Virus record (IMG/VR): IMGVR_UViG_3300007734_000749
Span: 2,650 to 66,649 of that record
From: a virus
Direction: 5' to 3' (one strand)
DNA length: 64,000 nucleotides
Each line of letters begins with the position of its first letter. Within the stretch, counting starts at the first letter, position 1. The notes below the pieces were generated by a model. The model was given only the letters and a program-made list of their open reading frames with translations, had not been told where the DNA came from and did not search any database. This document shows, in pieces, positions 28,201-37,096 of this stretch. The translations under genes and the position numbers were made by a program.

Positions 28201-31096
28201 CAATATCCATATAATTTCTTCATCATATGCTCAAGGTAATATTTTATCACAATATACTAGTATTGAACAAAAATATCCTTCAAGCGGAAGTGTAGTAAGC
28301 AATACCAATTTATTTGAGGCTGGGTTTTCTCCTCAAGAAGAAATTAATGATGATATTATAGCATCAATGGGAAGATTTGATATTGGAGAATATATTGGTG
28401 ACCCAAGACTACTCTCTCAATCATTTACTAGCTATCCTGATTTAGATGCTTTAGCTGTTTATCATTTTAGAAAATATAATAACAGTTACAATATATCTGA
28501 TTATGTAAGATTAATCAAATATATTGATAATTCATTATTTAAAACTATAAAAGATTACATACCAGCTAAAACTGATGCTTCTACAGGTATAATTATTAAA
28601 CAACATTTACTTGAAAGAAATCGTCATAGAATGGTATTACCTACCATTTCTCAATCATACAACCAATTTACTTCTAGTGTTAATTCTTTAGTAGTTACTA
28701 ATATTAGTGGAGGAAATTATTATCCATATGACTCTGGATCTATATATGAATTTTCTGGGGAAAATGGAGGAGTAAATAATCCATCATTCCCAACCTCTAG
28801 TTTATTTCTAGTTATATCAGATGCTTATCCTTCACAAGATACTATGGCTGTTTCTACAGCATTTGGTGATACAAAAGTTAATTTTTTTGGTAGTGATGGT
28901 TTTAATTATGGACCTGAAAATCTTATAAGTCCTACATATAATATTAATCCTATTACATGGGATAATACATATAAAGGATTAACTACACAATATAATGGTA
29001 AAATAGTATTTGATCTTGACAGAATAGCAGTTATTTTAAATGGTTTAGGAATTATTATTTCCTCATCCCTCCAACAAGAATTACAATTCTTCCCAGGTAA
29101 TAATACTACAGTCAATACTTTTAGTAATCCTTTTAATTGCTCTATTGGTGAAACTTTTACTTTTTGGGTATCAAAAAGTGCAGCAGCATCTCCAACTATA
29201 TATCTTGAATATTTAGGAGCTTCATCTCCTTCATATTATAATAATACTTTTTATGGACCAACTGGCGTTTCTTATTTTAGTACCCCATCCCAAGATTCAT
29301 TTTATAATGGAGAATATAGTGGATCTAATATAACAGTTACTACTCAAAGTTTATTTTCCCCTGATTTCCTAAATTCACCTACAGGATCTATAAATTTAAC
29401 AGCCTCATCCCCGTCATTTATAACGGCTTCTGATGGAACTATATTAGCTAATTATCAATTTGAAAACAGTAATTATTATCCTTTAACTAATAATATTAAT
29501 AATAATAGACTTAGTACTTATTATCAAGATATAGATTATTCTACTAATCCATTTTATCCTGTTAATTTAAACGCTGTTTTAAATAATCTAGCTCCGGCTC
29601 AAACTCCTGATAGTAATTATTCTTCATTAAGACATATTATATCTAAATATAGTGGTAGTAAATTAATAGCAGCTGATTACAATAAATACTTCCAAAGAGG
29701 AGCTACAGTTACTTTAAGAGATGGAACCATTTCTTCCAGCTGGCAAGGAGATACAAGTTATGGTACTAGTCCTGTAATTGAATCACGCCCTAGATTTTTT
29801 GCTCATTTTACATATGGGTATCCATCATTAGAAGATTTTAACACATTTACATTTAATATAGATCAACTTATTGATATTAATAACCCAAATATAGTCACTT
29901 CAGCTGGGAATTTAGATTCAAATTATTTTGCATCAAGTGTTTTTCCTCCTTCAAGAAGACTTTTAGTAATCTTACCTACAGAAGGAAATAAACCAAACGT
30001 CCCAGGTTCAATAGAAACTCAAGTATCTACAACATACTCACCACCGTTTCCTTTTACTGTTCCTTCTGGTTCTAAAACTATAAATAGATCTGGATTAGAT
30101 TATGATATAATTATATCTAATGAATCAACAACCCAATACAGTAATAAAAGAATTTCAAAAATTACCTATTTTTCTAGAAGAAATCAACGCACCCCTGGTA
30201 CTGAAGCAAATTTTGATACTCTCCCTGTTTATCTTTATGGAAAACCTTCAAGTCAACCTCAAGGAGGAACTACTACTCAACAATTTACTTACTCTGGGAG
30301 TTTTTTAGCAACAGGAAGTGGGCATTTTGTTATAGCAGATAGTTCTTATACCGCAAGTTTTATAGATTTTGGAGGTAGATATCTTTTTGAAACTAATAGA
30401 CCTTTAGCTGCAATTCACCATTATAATTATTTATTAGCTAATGATCTTACTAGTTCTAATACCACCTTTCAACAACAATTAACTAAACTAAATCCAAATA
30501 TAAATAAAAACAACCCAGATAATTATTATGGATTTAATTCAATAGCTTCTAATTTAGTTCAATACGGTAATAATGAACTCCCATTTTTAATTCAAGTAAA
30601 TGACATAATAAGAGTATCCTATGCATCTTCAGGTAACCCTATAACTAAAGAATTCAGAGTTACAAGTATAGATAATTATAATAATGGTATAGAAACAATG
30701 GGATGGTACGATACTATAGCTGATAGTTACAGTGGGCCTCCTAGTTATAAAACTAGTCCTTATATTAAATTTAATGTTGATCCTGATCCATCAACTTTAG
30801 ATTTTCCTATTCCTCACAACAGTTCATCATTAGTAGGTGATGCTTGGGCTAATAGTTTACAAGGAGTTATTACTATCAAACGCCCTAGAAATGATAATAG
30901 AACAATAAATATTAAATTTACTAACCCATCAGGATCTAATGGAATCCAAACCCAGATTGGAGAAGGATATCTAATACCTGAAGATATGTCCCCAGAACAA
31001 AAACAAAAAGCACAAGCCTTAATTAACAATATAACAACTAGAAACTCACTAAATGATATTCCTGAAGCAGGAACTGATCAAGGATTAAATAGATAG
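25238..31096 (+). CDS. large baseplate/tail protein (gp7-like wedge region plus LamG-like and beta-rich domains)
   Basis: 1952 aa; IPEFL...MMGQFFD and KKGTLEALKLI..YG motifs; WWNVMLQR...QEFRYY LamG-like segment. Confidence 0.65.
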   Translation: MNLYPSASIEILDPKTLNAPVFTDKDFAVIPNFIFTGSFDPVENRVEFFVYSEDNTLLYSDSNFNDWSNVLDPLLISQGISTLNIDPIKNVADVGITEGKVKVLYNFISDELGSSQDNPFFLKEISGDRTELRLQTNFTSDSTLQVLFDEFKTRISSEDYFDEFYLSFGENRYTIGTNILLENNNGLITLLVKLYEPLSPIYSLQDIVWITTKVGESSAYKIDFPIVPLVVDNLVYLKGPNISLDLNDQTSLTTPYRNYLTLLSSSLTSSYQHIQNLLQQNGVQLTPDYTDFSNFIFFSSAYRRISNFYTKVSQIESYTNDLAITNSITGSASQSFSVSASRATIQNQIDEIITNFDGYEKYLYFESSSYTYPKSNSTYPYTLYSTGSTQTLTWLGSYIETDTYYGGQLYSASIYDLENPNNLYQSIPEFLKNDPLNTPYFLFIEMMGQFFDNAWAYTDAISDKLKADNRINYGVSKDLVSTVLQSFGHKIYTNQFTANDLYTSLLGITPQGNLQLFPNTTSSLPIINSGIEYIKTYVTASLQSGSRIPLGEANERLYKRIYHNLPYLVKKKGTLEALKLIRNIYGIPSTILRFNEFGGRDAQSTKYDYFNDKFNYAFGTNKSASIIIPWNTLNREFGQIAPPCIQFRFKTAGIPSGSLSQSLFIKTSSPSSNSTDFKTKWDMGLFLFYTGSGLTSGSYSGSVVDPYNQYGTLRFYISGSSAGGGITTYKSSSDIYLPFFDGGWWNVMLQRNTVSDNPATTITYSLYAANKIYDENEGYTLGYIGSASFTNNEQRVNEAWSNSSSYVIADWTANFPPGIYLGGFISGSLGRGGDIITKPRNLFTGSFQEFRYYASPLSTSSFYDYVMNPQSINAYTTSGSVLVSGSSYRTLAFRADLGSELTTFPLVGTSDYNDSSNLFSIHPAKSGSFPTSSFSSSYLAQSFYKIQYFNTNIFAIVPSIFSSSFIKDNIETYYYAIPSTGTKTKTSDNIHIISSSYAQGNILSQYTSIEQKYPSSGSVVSNTNLFEAGFSPQEEINDDIIASMGRFDIGEYIGDPRLLSQSFTSYPDLDALAVYHFRKYNNSYNISDYVRLIKYIDNSLFKTIKDYIPAKTDASTGIIIKQHLLERNRHRMVLPTISQSYNQFTSSVNSLVVTNISGGNYYPYDSGSIYEFSGENGGVNNPSFPTSSLFLVISDAYPSQDTMAVSTAFGDTKVNFFGSDGFNYGPENLISPTYNINPITWDNTYKGLTTQYNGKIVFDLDRIAVILNGLGIIISSSLQQELQFFPGNNTTVNTFSNPFNCSIGETFTFWVSKSAAASPTIYLEYLGASSPSYYNNTFYGPTGVSYFSTPSQDSFYNGEYSGSNITVTTQSLFSPDFLNSPTGSINLTASSPSFITASDGTILANYQFENSNYYPLTNNINNNRLSTYYQDIDYSTNPFYPVNLNAVLNNLAPAQTPDSNYSSLRHIISKYSGSKLIAADYNKYFQRGATVTLRDGTISSSWQGDTSYGTSPVIESRPRFFAHFTYGYPSLEDFNTFTFNIDQLIDINNPNIVTSAGNLDSNYFASSVFPPSRRLLVILPTEGNKPNVPGSIETQVSTTYSPPFPFTVPSGSKTINRSGLDYDIIISNESTTQYSNKRISKITYFSRRNQRTPGTEANFDTLPVYLYGKPSSQPQGGTTTQQFTYSGSFLATGSGHFVIADSSYTASFIDFGGRYLFETNRPLAAIHHYNYLLANDLTSSNTTFQQQLTKLNPNINKNNPDNYYGFNSIASNLVQYGNNELPFLIQVNDIIRVSYASSGNPITKEFRVTSIDNYNNGIETMGWYDTIADSYSGPPSYKTSPYIKFNVDPDPSTLDFPIPHNSSSLVGDAWANSLQGVITIKRPRNDNRTINIKFTNPSGSNGIQTQIGEGYLIPEDMSPEQKQKAQALINNITTRNSLNDIPEAGTDQGLNR

Positions 31097-31152
31097 ATAA
31101 TTAAAAAATAAAATATTTTAAACTTTATATATATTTATAAACAAAAACTCAA

Positions 31153-31812
31153 ATGGGATATTTAAATAATCAAATAATTACAGTTGATGCTATTCTTACT
31201 ACTAAAGGTAGAGAATTATTATCCAAAGGAGATGGTTCCTTTAAAATAACTCAATTTGCTCTTTCCGATGATGAAATTGACTATACTACATATAACCCAA
31301 CCCATCCTTCAGGTTCAGCATATTATGGAGAAGCAATTGAAAATATGCCGGTTATAGAAGCATTTCCTGATCAAAATCAAATTATGAAATATAAGCTTGT
31401 AACTCTTCCTAGAGGAACAGCCAAACTCCCGATACTTGATTTAGGTCTCCCACAGGTTAGTCTTGTTCAAGGATCTTCAGTTGCAATTAGTCCTCAAACA
31501 TTAAATTATTTAGGTAGTAATGTAGTATCTGAAACAAGTGGATATGTAGCTACAATAGCCGATGTACGATTATTAAGTACATTTAATGGTGTTGGTATTA
31601 ATACTCCTCAAGCAACCGCTTTAAATAATTCTACTACTGTTGGAACTGCTGTCTCTAAAACAACTATTGGAACCTCATTCACTCTTACAGCCACTACAGT
31701 TAATACCCTCTTCTCAGGATCAAATACTACTATTAATACTACATTAACTGTGGAAGGAAGAGATAGTGGTGCTAGAATTACTGTTCCTGTAACAATTACT
31801 AAACAACAATAA
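31153..31812 (+). CDS. virion structural (baseplate/tail) protein
   Basis: DAILTTKGRELL...FKITQFALSDDEIDY motif. Confidence 0.6.
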   Translation: MGYLNNQIITVDAILTTKGRELLSKGDGSFKITQFALSDDEIDYTTYNPTHPSGSAYYGEAIENMPVIEAFPDQNQIMKYKLVTLPRGTAKLPILDLGLPQVSLVQGSSVAISPQTLNYLGSNVVSETSGYVATIADVRLLSTFNGVGINTPQATALNNSTTVGTAVSKTTIGTSFTLTATTVNTLFSGSNTTINTTLTVEGRDSGARITVPVTITKQQ

Positions 31813-31831
31813 TATTTACAAATAGATACCA

Positions 31832-32878
31832 ATGTCATATAAAAGATTAGACCCTCAAGATTTAGTAATAAGTGTAGATTCAATATCTAGTACTATTTGG
31901 AGCACAAATAATCCTTCATTAGTTACATTTTTTACTTCTTCAACCCAAGAAGGAAGTTCAACAGGACAATACTATTTAACAGTTTATCAATCATCTCCAT
32001 CATCAACCGGTGCTGCTAGTCAATTTTCAATAGTATATGGTGATGCTGCTGGAAGTGGAAGTGCATTTTTTAATAATGCTGTAACAGGGTCATCTCCTAC
32101 TAGAACTATTTATGGTCAATATAGAAACCTAATTTTAGCAGATGAAAGTTCTTCTTTTAATTTTGCTGGAGTTACAAGTTCATATTTTTGGGCAATTAAT
32201 ATTGATCGTGCAAGATACAAAGAACACCTTTTAGCAGGTTCTTTAACATTAGCTATAAGTGGTACCGTTGGAGCAAGTGGTGGAGTTATCCACCTTACAG
32301 ATGATAGTGCATATACAACAGTAGTATCATATACAGATGCAGGAAGAACATTTAATCTTATTTCTGGATCAGCTGGGGTAAGAACATCCTCCCCAAAAGA
32401 TTCTGCAGGTCTTGGTTACACCACCAATTCAGGATCATATGGATATTTCCTCCCAGATATAGGTGTAATCTTACTTAATGGTGAAGCACTTTCAGGTTCA
32501 GTAGCAGGAGGAGGAATTGCTCTTAATGCAAGTAGATCATTTGATGCTCCTGGGTTAAACGAAAGAAGATTATTTACTGCTATTAGTAGATCTGCTACTG
32601 CTGATTTTAGATTAAATAGTCAAGAATCATTAGCTTCTAATTATGTATTTGTAAGAGCAAGAAGCAATGAATTTAATTATTCTGAAAATCCAAGTTACAT
32701 TGCTAGCAGTAATGGTTCATTAACATGGAGTGATTTTGCTTATAATCCATTAACATATATTACTACAATTGGTATGTATAATGATAATAATGAATTATTA
32801 GCTGTAGCTAAACTTAGTAGACCATTACATAAAGACTTTACTAAAGAATTACTAGTAAGAGTTAAATTAGATTTCTAA
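31832..32878 (+). CDS. virion structural (tail collar/fibre-base-like) protein
   Basis: C-terminal YITTIGMYNDNNELLAVAKLSRP. Confidence 0.6.
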   Translation: MSYKRLDPQDLVISVDSISSTIWSTNNPSLVTFFTSSTQEGSSTGQYYLTVYQSSPSSTGAASQFSIVYGDAAGSGSAFFNNAVTGSSPTRTIYGQYRNLILADESSSFNFAGVTSSYFWAINIDRARYKEHLLAGSLTLAISGTVGASGGVIHLTDDSAYTTVVSYTDAGRTFNLISGSAGVRTSSPKDSAGLGYTTNSGSYGYFLPDIGVILLNGEALSGSVAGGGIALNASRSFDAPGLNERRLFTAISRSATADFRLNSQESLASNYVFVRARSNEFNYSENPSYIASSNGSLTWSDFAYNPLTYITTIGMYNDNNELLAVAKLSRPLHKDFTKELLVRVKLDF

Positions 32879-32881
32879 TGA

Positions 32882-33904
32882 ATGAGCGCTTACAAACAAT
32901 TTACAACTAGTGATGTAATCTCTGTACCTTTTACAGTTACAAAAGGATTTTTCTTTTCAGGATCTACAGCTACTGGTTCTAATGTAGGTATAGAATTTTA
33001 TTCTGGTTTAAATTTAGATGGAATAACGTACATTTCTTCATCTGAACCTACTACAGGAATAGTTACTATATTTCCTAAAAGAAGTATATATAATAGTGCT
33101 AGAGTATTGTATTATTCTAATAATATTTCTCGTTATGGAGATTTAACTACTAGTTCATATGGATTATATAATTCTAATTATACCCCATATTGGGAACAAT
33201 ATTTAACTCAATTTACGGGTTCAACATCATCTTCTTTTGGTAGATTTGAAAATTATAATTCTACAACTTTATACAACCCTAAATATTTCCCTACTAATAC
33301 TCAATCTATAACAGATAGTGGATCTATTTCTATAATATCTATTCCTACTAATTTATATGGACAATATGTTATTCCTCGTACCTTTAAATTAGAATTTGAT
33401 GTAGCTGCTAATAATAATTTTCTCCCTATAACTGATGATGGAGAAGGAAATTTATACCTTACTTCAGGCAGTGATTATGTAAAAGTAGGTAATATTTTTT
33501 ATTCGCACGGAATAGCAGTCATTACTACTGGAAGTGCTACCATATCTAGCAGCCAATGGTGTGAAGACATCAATAAACCTGATTTTTCCTCAGGAAAACC
33601 TGGAATTGAATTTGTTAAAATCTCTTTTTCTTCCTCAATAACATTATATGAAAACAAATATAACTGTAATATTAAAGAAAATGAATTTGAATTTAGCCAA
33701 AACCCATCCTTAATCTCAGGCTCATCTCCTTCCGGAAGCACAGTTTATGATTTTGCAACTGGTTCGTATTTTTCTCCATATATTACTACAGTAGGTTTAT
33801 ATAATGATAATAAAGAATTAATAGCAGTAGCTAAATTAGGTAAACCTTTACAGTGTTCTTCTACAACTGATACTACAATTATGATAAACTTTGATTTAGT
33901 GTAA
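32882..33904 (+). CDS. virion structural protein, paralog of 31832..32878
   Basis: C-terminal YITTVGLYNDNKELIAVAKLGKP. Confidence 0.6.
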   Translation: MSAYKQFTTSDVISVPFTVTKGFFFSGSTATGSNVGIEFYSGLNLDGITYISSSEPTTGIVTIFPKRSIYNSARVLYYSNNISRYGDLTTSSYGLYNSNYTPYWEQYLTQFTGSTSSSFGRFENYNSTTLYNPKYFPTNTQSITDSGSISIISIPTNLYGQYVIPRTFKLEFDVAANNNFLPITDDGEGNLYLTSGSDYVKVGNIFYSHGIAVITTGSATISSSQWCEDINKPDFSSGKPGIEFVKISFSSSITLYENKYNCNIKENEFEFSQNPSLISGSSPSGSTVYDFATGSYFSPYITTVGLYNDNKELIAVAKLGKPLQCSSTTDTTIMINFDLV

Positions 33905-33921
33905 TAAAATTTATAAATAAA

Positions 33922-34377
33922 ATGAATAATTGGTTTTGGTATGAAAACATGGGAATTAAAGAATTCAAATCAATAGAAGACTTCCCAGAAAATAGTTTTG
34001 GCTTTATATATAAAATTACTAATATAATAACAGGTAAATTTTATATTGGAAAAAAAAGTCTTTATCATAATATAAAGAAAAAATTAACTAAAGCTGAATT
34101 AGCCGAACAAACTGGTCCTGGCCGTAAATCTACCACTAAAACTATCCAAAAAGAATCAGATTGGTTAACATACTGGGGTTCTAATAAAGAATTATTAAAT
34201 GATATTAAAACATCTAGTAATTTATCATTCCAAAGAGAAATCATTAAAATAGCAAAAACTAAAAAAGAATTAACATATTGGGAAGTAAATTACCAATGTT
34301 CATATGATGTTTTATTAGTTAATAGTTACAATGATAATATATTAGGAAAGTTTTTTAGGAAAGACTTGGAAAACTAA
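33922..34377 (+). CDS. GIY-YIG family nuclease (Seg-like catalytic domain)
   Basis: GFIYKITN...FYIGKK, YWGS, FQREI, YN motifs. Confidence 0.8.
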   Translation: MNNWFWYENMGIKEFKSIEDFPENSFGFIYKITNIITGKFYIGKKSLYHNIKKKLTKAELAEQTGPGRKSTTKTIQKESDWLTYWGSNKELLNDIKTSSNLSFQREIIKIAKTKKELTYWEVNYQCSYDVLLVNSYNDNILGKFFRKDLEN

Positions 34378-34400
34378 TATTAGTTATTATCTTATCTTTT

Positions 34401-35330
34401 ATGGTAGATCAACTACTTATAACATTAGTAGATTCTGTTTTAGGTTCTGGAAAGAATACTGCTCGAAATAATAGAGCATATTGTTGTCCTTTTTGTAAAC
34501 ACCCTAAACCTAAATTAGAAGTAAATATGGTTACTACTTCTAAAGGAGAAAATTTTTGGAATTGTTGGGTTTGTGGTAAAAAAGGAAAAAAACTTTCTAA
34601 TTTATTTAAATCTCTTCAAGTTGATTCTGCTAAAATTATTGAACTAAAATCATTAGTTACATCATCATCTTCTTTTAATGAAGAAATTATTATTGAACAT
34701 ATATCTCTCCCCAAAGAATTCACCCCACTTTACCCTACCCCTACTGGAATCTCAGCTCGCCATGCTTTAGTTTATTTAAAACAAAGAAACATTACAGAAG
34801 AAGATATTATTCGATATAATATAGGATATTGTGAATATGGTGAGTATGCCAACATGATTATAGTCCCATCATACGACGAAAATGGTCTTCTAAATTACTT
34901 CTCAGCTAGAAATTTTAATAAAAATATATCATTAAAATATAAAAATCCTAAAGTTTCTAGAGATATAATTCCATTTGGGTTTTATATAAATTGGAATTCA
35001 CCTTTAATATTATGTGAAGGAGTATTTGATATGTTAGCTATAAAAAGAAATGTAATTCCATTATTAGGAAAAAATATTCCTAAATCTTTAATGAAAAAAA
35101 TAGTAACATCTTCTATACAAAAAATATATATAGCTTTAGATAAAGATGCAATTAAACAAGCCTTAGGATTCTGTGAAGAATTACTAAATGAAGGTAAAAA
35201 AGTATATTTAGTAGAACTTCAAGACAAAGATCCTGGTGAGATGGGTTTTGTTAATTTTACTAATTTAATTCAACAAACTCAAAAATTAACATTCTCAAAA
35301 CTATTTGAGAAAAAATTACAACTATCATGA
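34401..35330 (+). CDS. DNA primase (Zn finger + TOPRIM)
   Basis: CPFC..H, NCWVC, LCEGVFD, ALDKDA, KDPGE. Confidence 0.88.
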   Translation: MVDQLLITLVDSVLGSGKNTARNNRAYCCPFCKHPKPKLEVNMVTTSKGENFWNCWVCGKKGKKLSNLFKSLQVDSAKIIELKSLVTSSSSFNEEIIIEHISLPKEFTPLYPTPTGISARHALVYLKQRNITEEDIIRYNIGYCEYGEYANMIIVPSYDENGLLNYFSARNFNKNISLKYKNPKVSRDIIPFGFYINWNSPLILCEGVFDMLAIKRNVIPLLGKNIPKSLMKKIVTSSIQKIYIALDKDAIKQALGFCEELLNEGKKVYLVELQDKDPGEMGFVNFTNLIQQTQKLTFSKLFEKKLQLS

Positions 35331-36112
35331 TTGAAAAAAATGTAAATGTACATAAAAAAAGTGTAACTCGTATTTTAAATATAGATCCTGAATCTAAACG
35401 AGTTAATGTGTTAGATAATCGATTCTATAGTCGAAATCAAGATTACTACCCATCAGTAACAAGTATATTACAATTCATGCCTAAAGGTAAGTTTTTTGAA
35501 ACTTGGCTTAAAGATGTAGGACATAATGCCGATATTATAGCTAAAAAAGCCGCTGATGAAGGAACTCAAGTACATGATGCTATTGAAAAATATCTTAAAG
35601 GAGAAAAAATTCAATGGTTAAATGAAGAAGGATATTCTAATTATTCTATGGATGTTTGGAAACTAATTCTTAAATTCCATGATTTTTGGACAACATATAA
35701 ACCTACTCTGATTGAAAGCGAAATTCATCTATTCTCAGATCAATATAAGTATGCTGGAACATGTGATTTGGTTGTTGAAATTGATAATGTGAGATGGTTA
35801 TTAGATATTAAAACTTCAAATTCAATTCATACATCTATGGATTTACAACTAGCTGCTTATGCTCAAGCTTGGAATGAAACATTTGAAGAAAAAATAGAAA
35901 AAACAGGTATTATTTGGTTAAAATCTTCCAAACGTGGTGAAGGTAAAGGAGATAAAATTCAAGGTAAAGGATGGGAAATATATGAACCAACCCGCACTTT
36001 TGAAGAAAATTTAAGATTATTTAATTCTATACATGAATTATTTAAACTTGAATATCCTAACCCAAAACCATCATCTGATCAATTTCCTATGGAAATCCAA
36101 ATATCTTCTTGA
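35327..36112 (+). CDS. PD-(D/E)xK exonuclease (phage Cas4/lambda-exo-like)
   Basis: YPSVTSIL, GTQVH, YAGTCD, LDIKTS, QLAAY. Confidence 0.85.
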   Translation: MIEKNVNVHKKSVTRILNIDPESKRVNVLDNRFYSRNQDYYPSVTSILQFMPKGKFFETWLKDVGHNADIIAKKAADEGTQVHDAIEKYLKGEKIQWLNEEGYSNYSMDVWKLILKFHDFWTTYKPTLIESEIHLFSDQYKYAGTCDLVVEIDNVRWLLDIKTSNSIHTSMDLQLAAYAQAWNETFEEKIEKTGIIWLKSSKRGEGKGDKIQGKGWEIYEPTRTFEENLRLFNSIHELFKLEYPNPKPSSDQFPMEIQISS

Positions 36113-36133
36113 TATTTATAATAAAATTAAGGA

Positions 36134-37096
36134 ATGATATCATTGGTTAGTATTTTTAAGGAAACACTCCTTGAAGGAGGTAACGTATTTGGCACTACTT
36201 CTTCTATTAAAAAAGAATACATCCAGCCTACTTTAGATAAATTTATTAAAGAATTAAAACGTCTTTATCCTAAAATAAATTTTGATTTTGAAACTTTAGG
36301 ATCAGTAGGTAAAAAAGATGAATCTGGAGATATAGATTTAGGATTTAGTATTAATAATTTTATTACTACTCAAGGTGAACCTAAACTCTTAGAATGGGGA
36401 ATTGACTCTAAAGAATTTCAATCTACTTATGAAGCAATACGAAAAAAAGCTCGTACTGCTTCTGAATTACAAAGTACTATAAGAGCTGTACTTCAATTAG
36501 TAGCAGTTAATATAGAAAATAAATCTCAACTTATTACTACTGATTCTAAAGCTGCAGGTAGTGGATCTATATTTTGTACTTTCCCCCAATATGATAAAAG
36601 TGGAAAACAAGTAGAAGATAAAACTGTTCAAATTGATATTAATGTTGGAAGTATAGATTGGCTTAAGTTTAGTTATTATTCTAATACTTACAAAGATAAT
36701 GTTAAAGGTCTTCATAGAACACAATTAATGGTAGCTTTATTTCAAGCAGCAGGAATGACTTTTAGTCATGGTGCTGGAGTTAAAATGAAAGATACTGGAG
36801 AAACTGTAGCTACAAATCCACAAGAAGCTATTGAAGCTCTAAACAAAGCATACAATATTAACATTACCTCAGATGTTTTAAATGATTATTTTGAATTAAT
36901 ATCTTATCTTAAACAAAATCTTCATAGAGAAAAATATAATAAAATTTTAGATATATATTTAAAAATTCTTGACTCTACTAGAGCAGACATACCTACTAAT
37001 ATCCAAAAATACTGGATAGAAAACCAAGATAGACTTGGCCTTAAAGGTAAATTCCTACCAGATGATTCTAGTTTAACTAAATATAAAAAAGTATAA
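36134..37096 (+). CDS. Pol-beta superfamily nucleotidyltransferase with short N-terminal leader
   Basis: LGSVGKKDESGDIDL and VQID motifs; leader MISLVSIFKETLLE|GGN. Confidence 0.75.
   Translation: MISLVSIFKETLLEGGNVFGTTSSIKKEYIQPTLDKFIKELKRLYPKINFDFETLGSVGKKDESGDIDLGFSINNFITTQGEPKLLEWGIDSKEFQSTYEAIRKKARTASELQSTIRAVLQLVAVNIENKSQLITTDSKAAGSGSIFCTFPQYDKSGKQVEDKTVQIDINVGSIDWLKFSYYSNTYKDNVKGLHRTQLMVALFQAAGMTFSHGAGVKMKDTGETVATNPQEAIEALNKAYNINITSDVLNDYFELISYLKQNLHREKYNKILDIYLKILDSTRADIPTNIQKYWIENQDRLGLKGKFLPDDSSLTKYKKV

Noticed and set aside
33922-34377. Mobile homing endonuclease or intron
   Set aside because: Only a catalytic GIY-YIG domain, no DNA-binding tail, and no interrupted flanking gene
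35327-36112. Cas4 as part of a CRISPR system
   Set aside because: No Fe-S Cys cluster, no array or other cas genes; primase-adjacent phage exonuclease context
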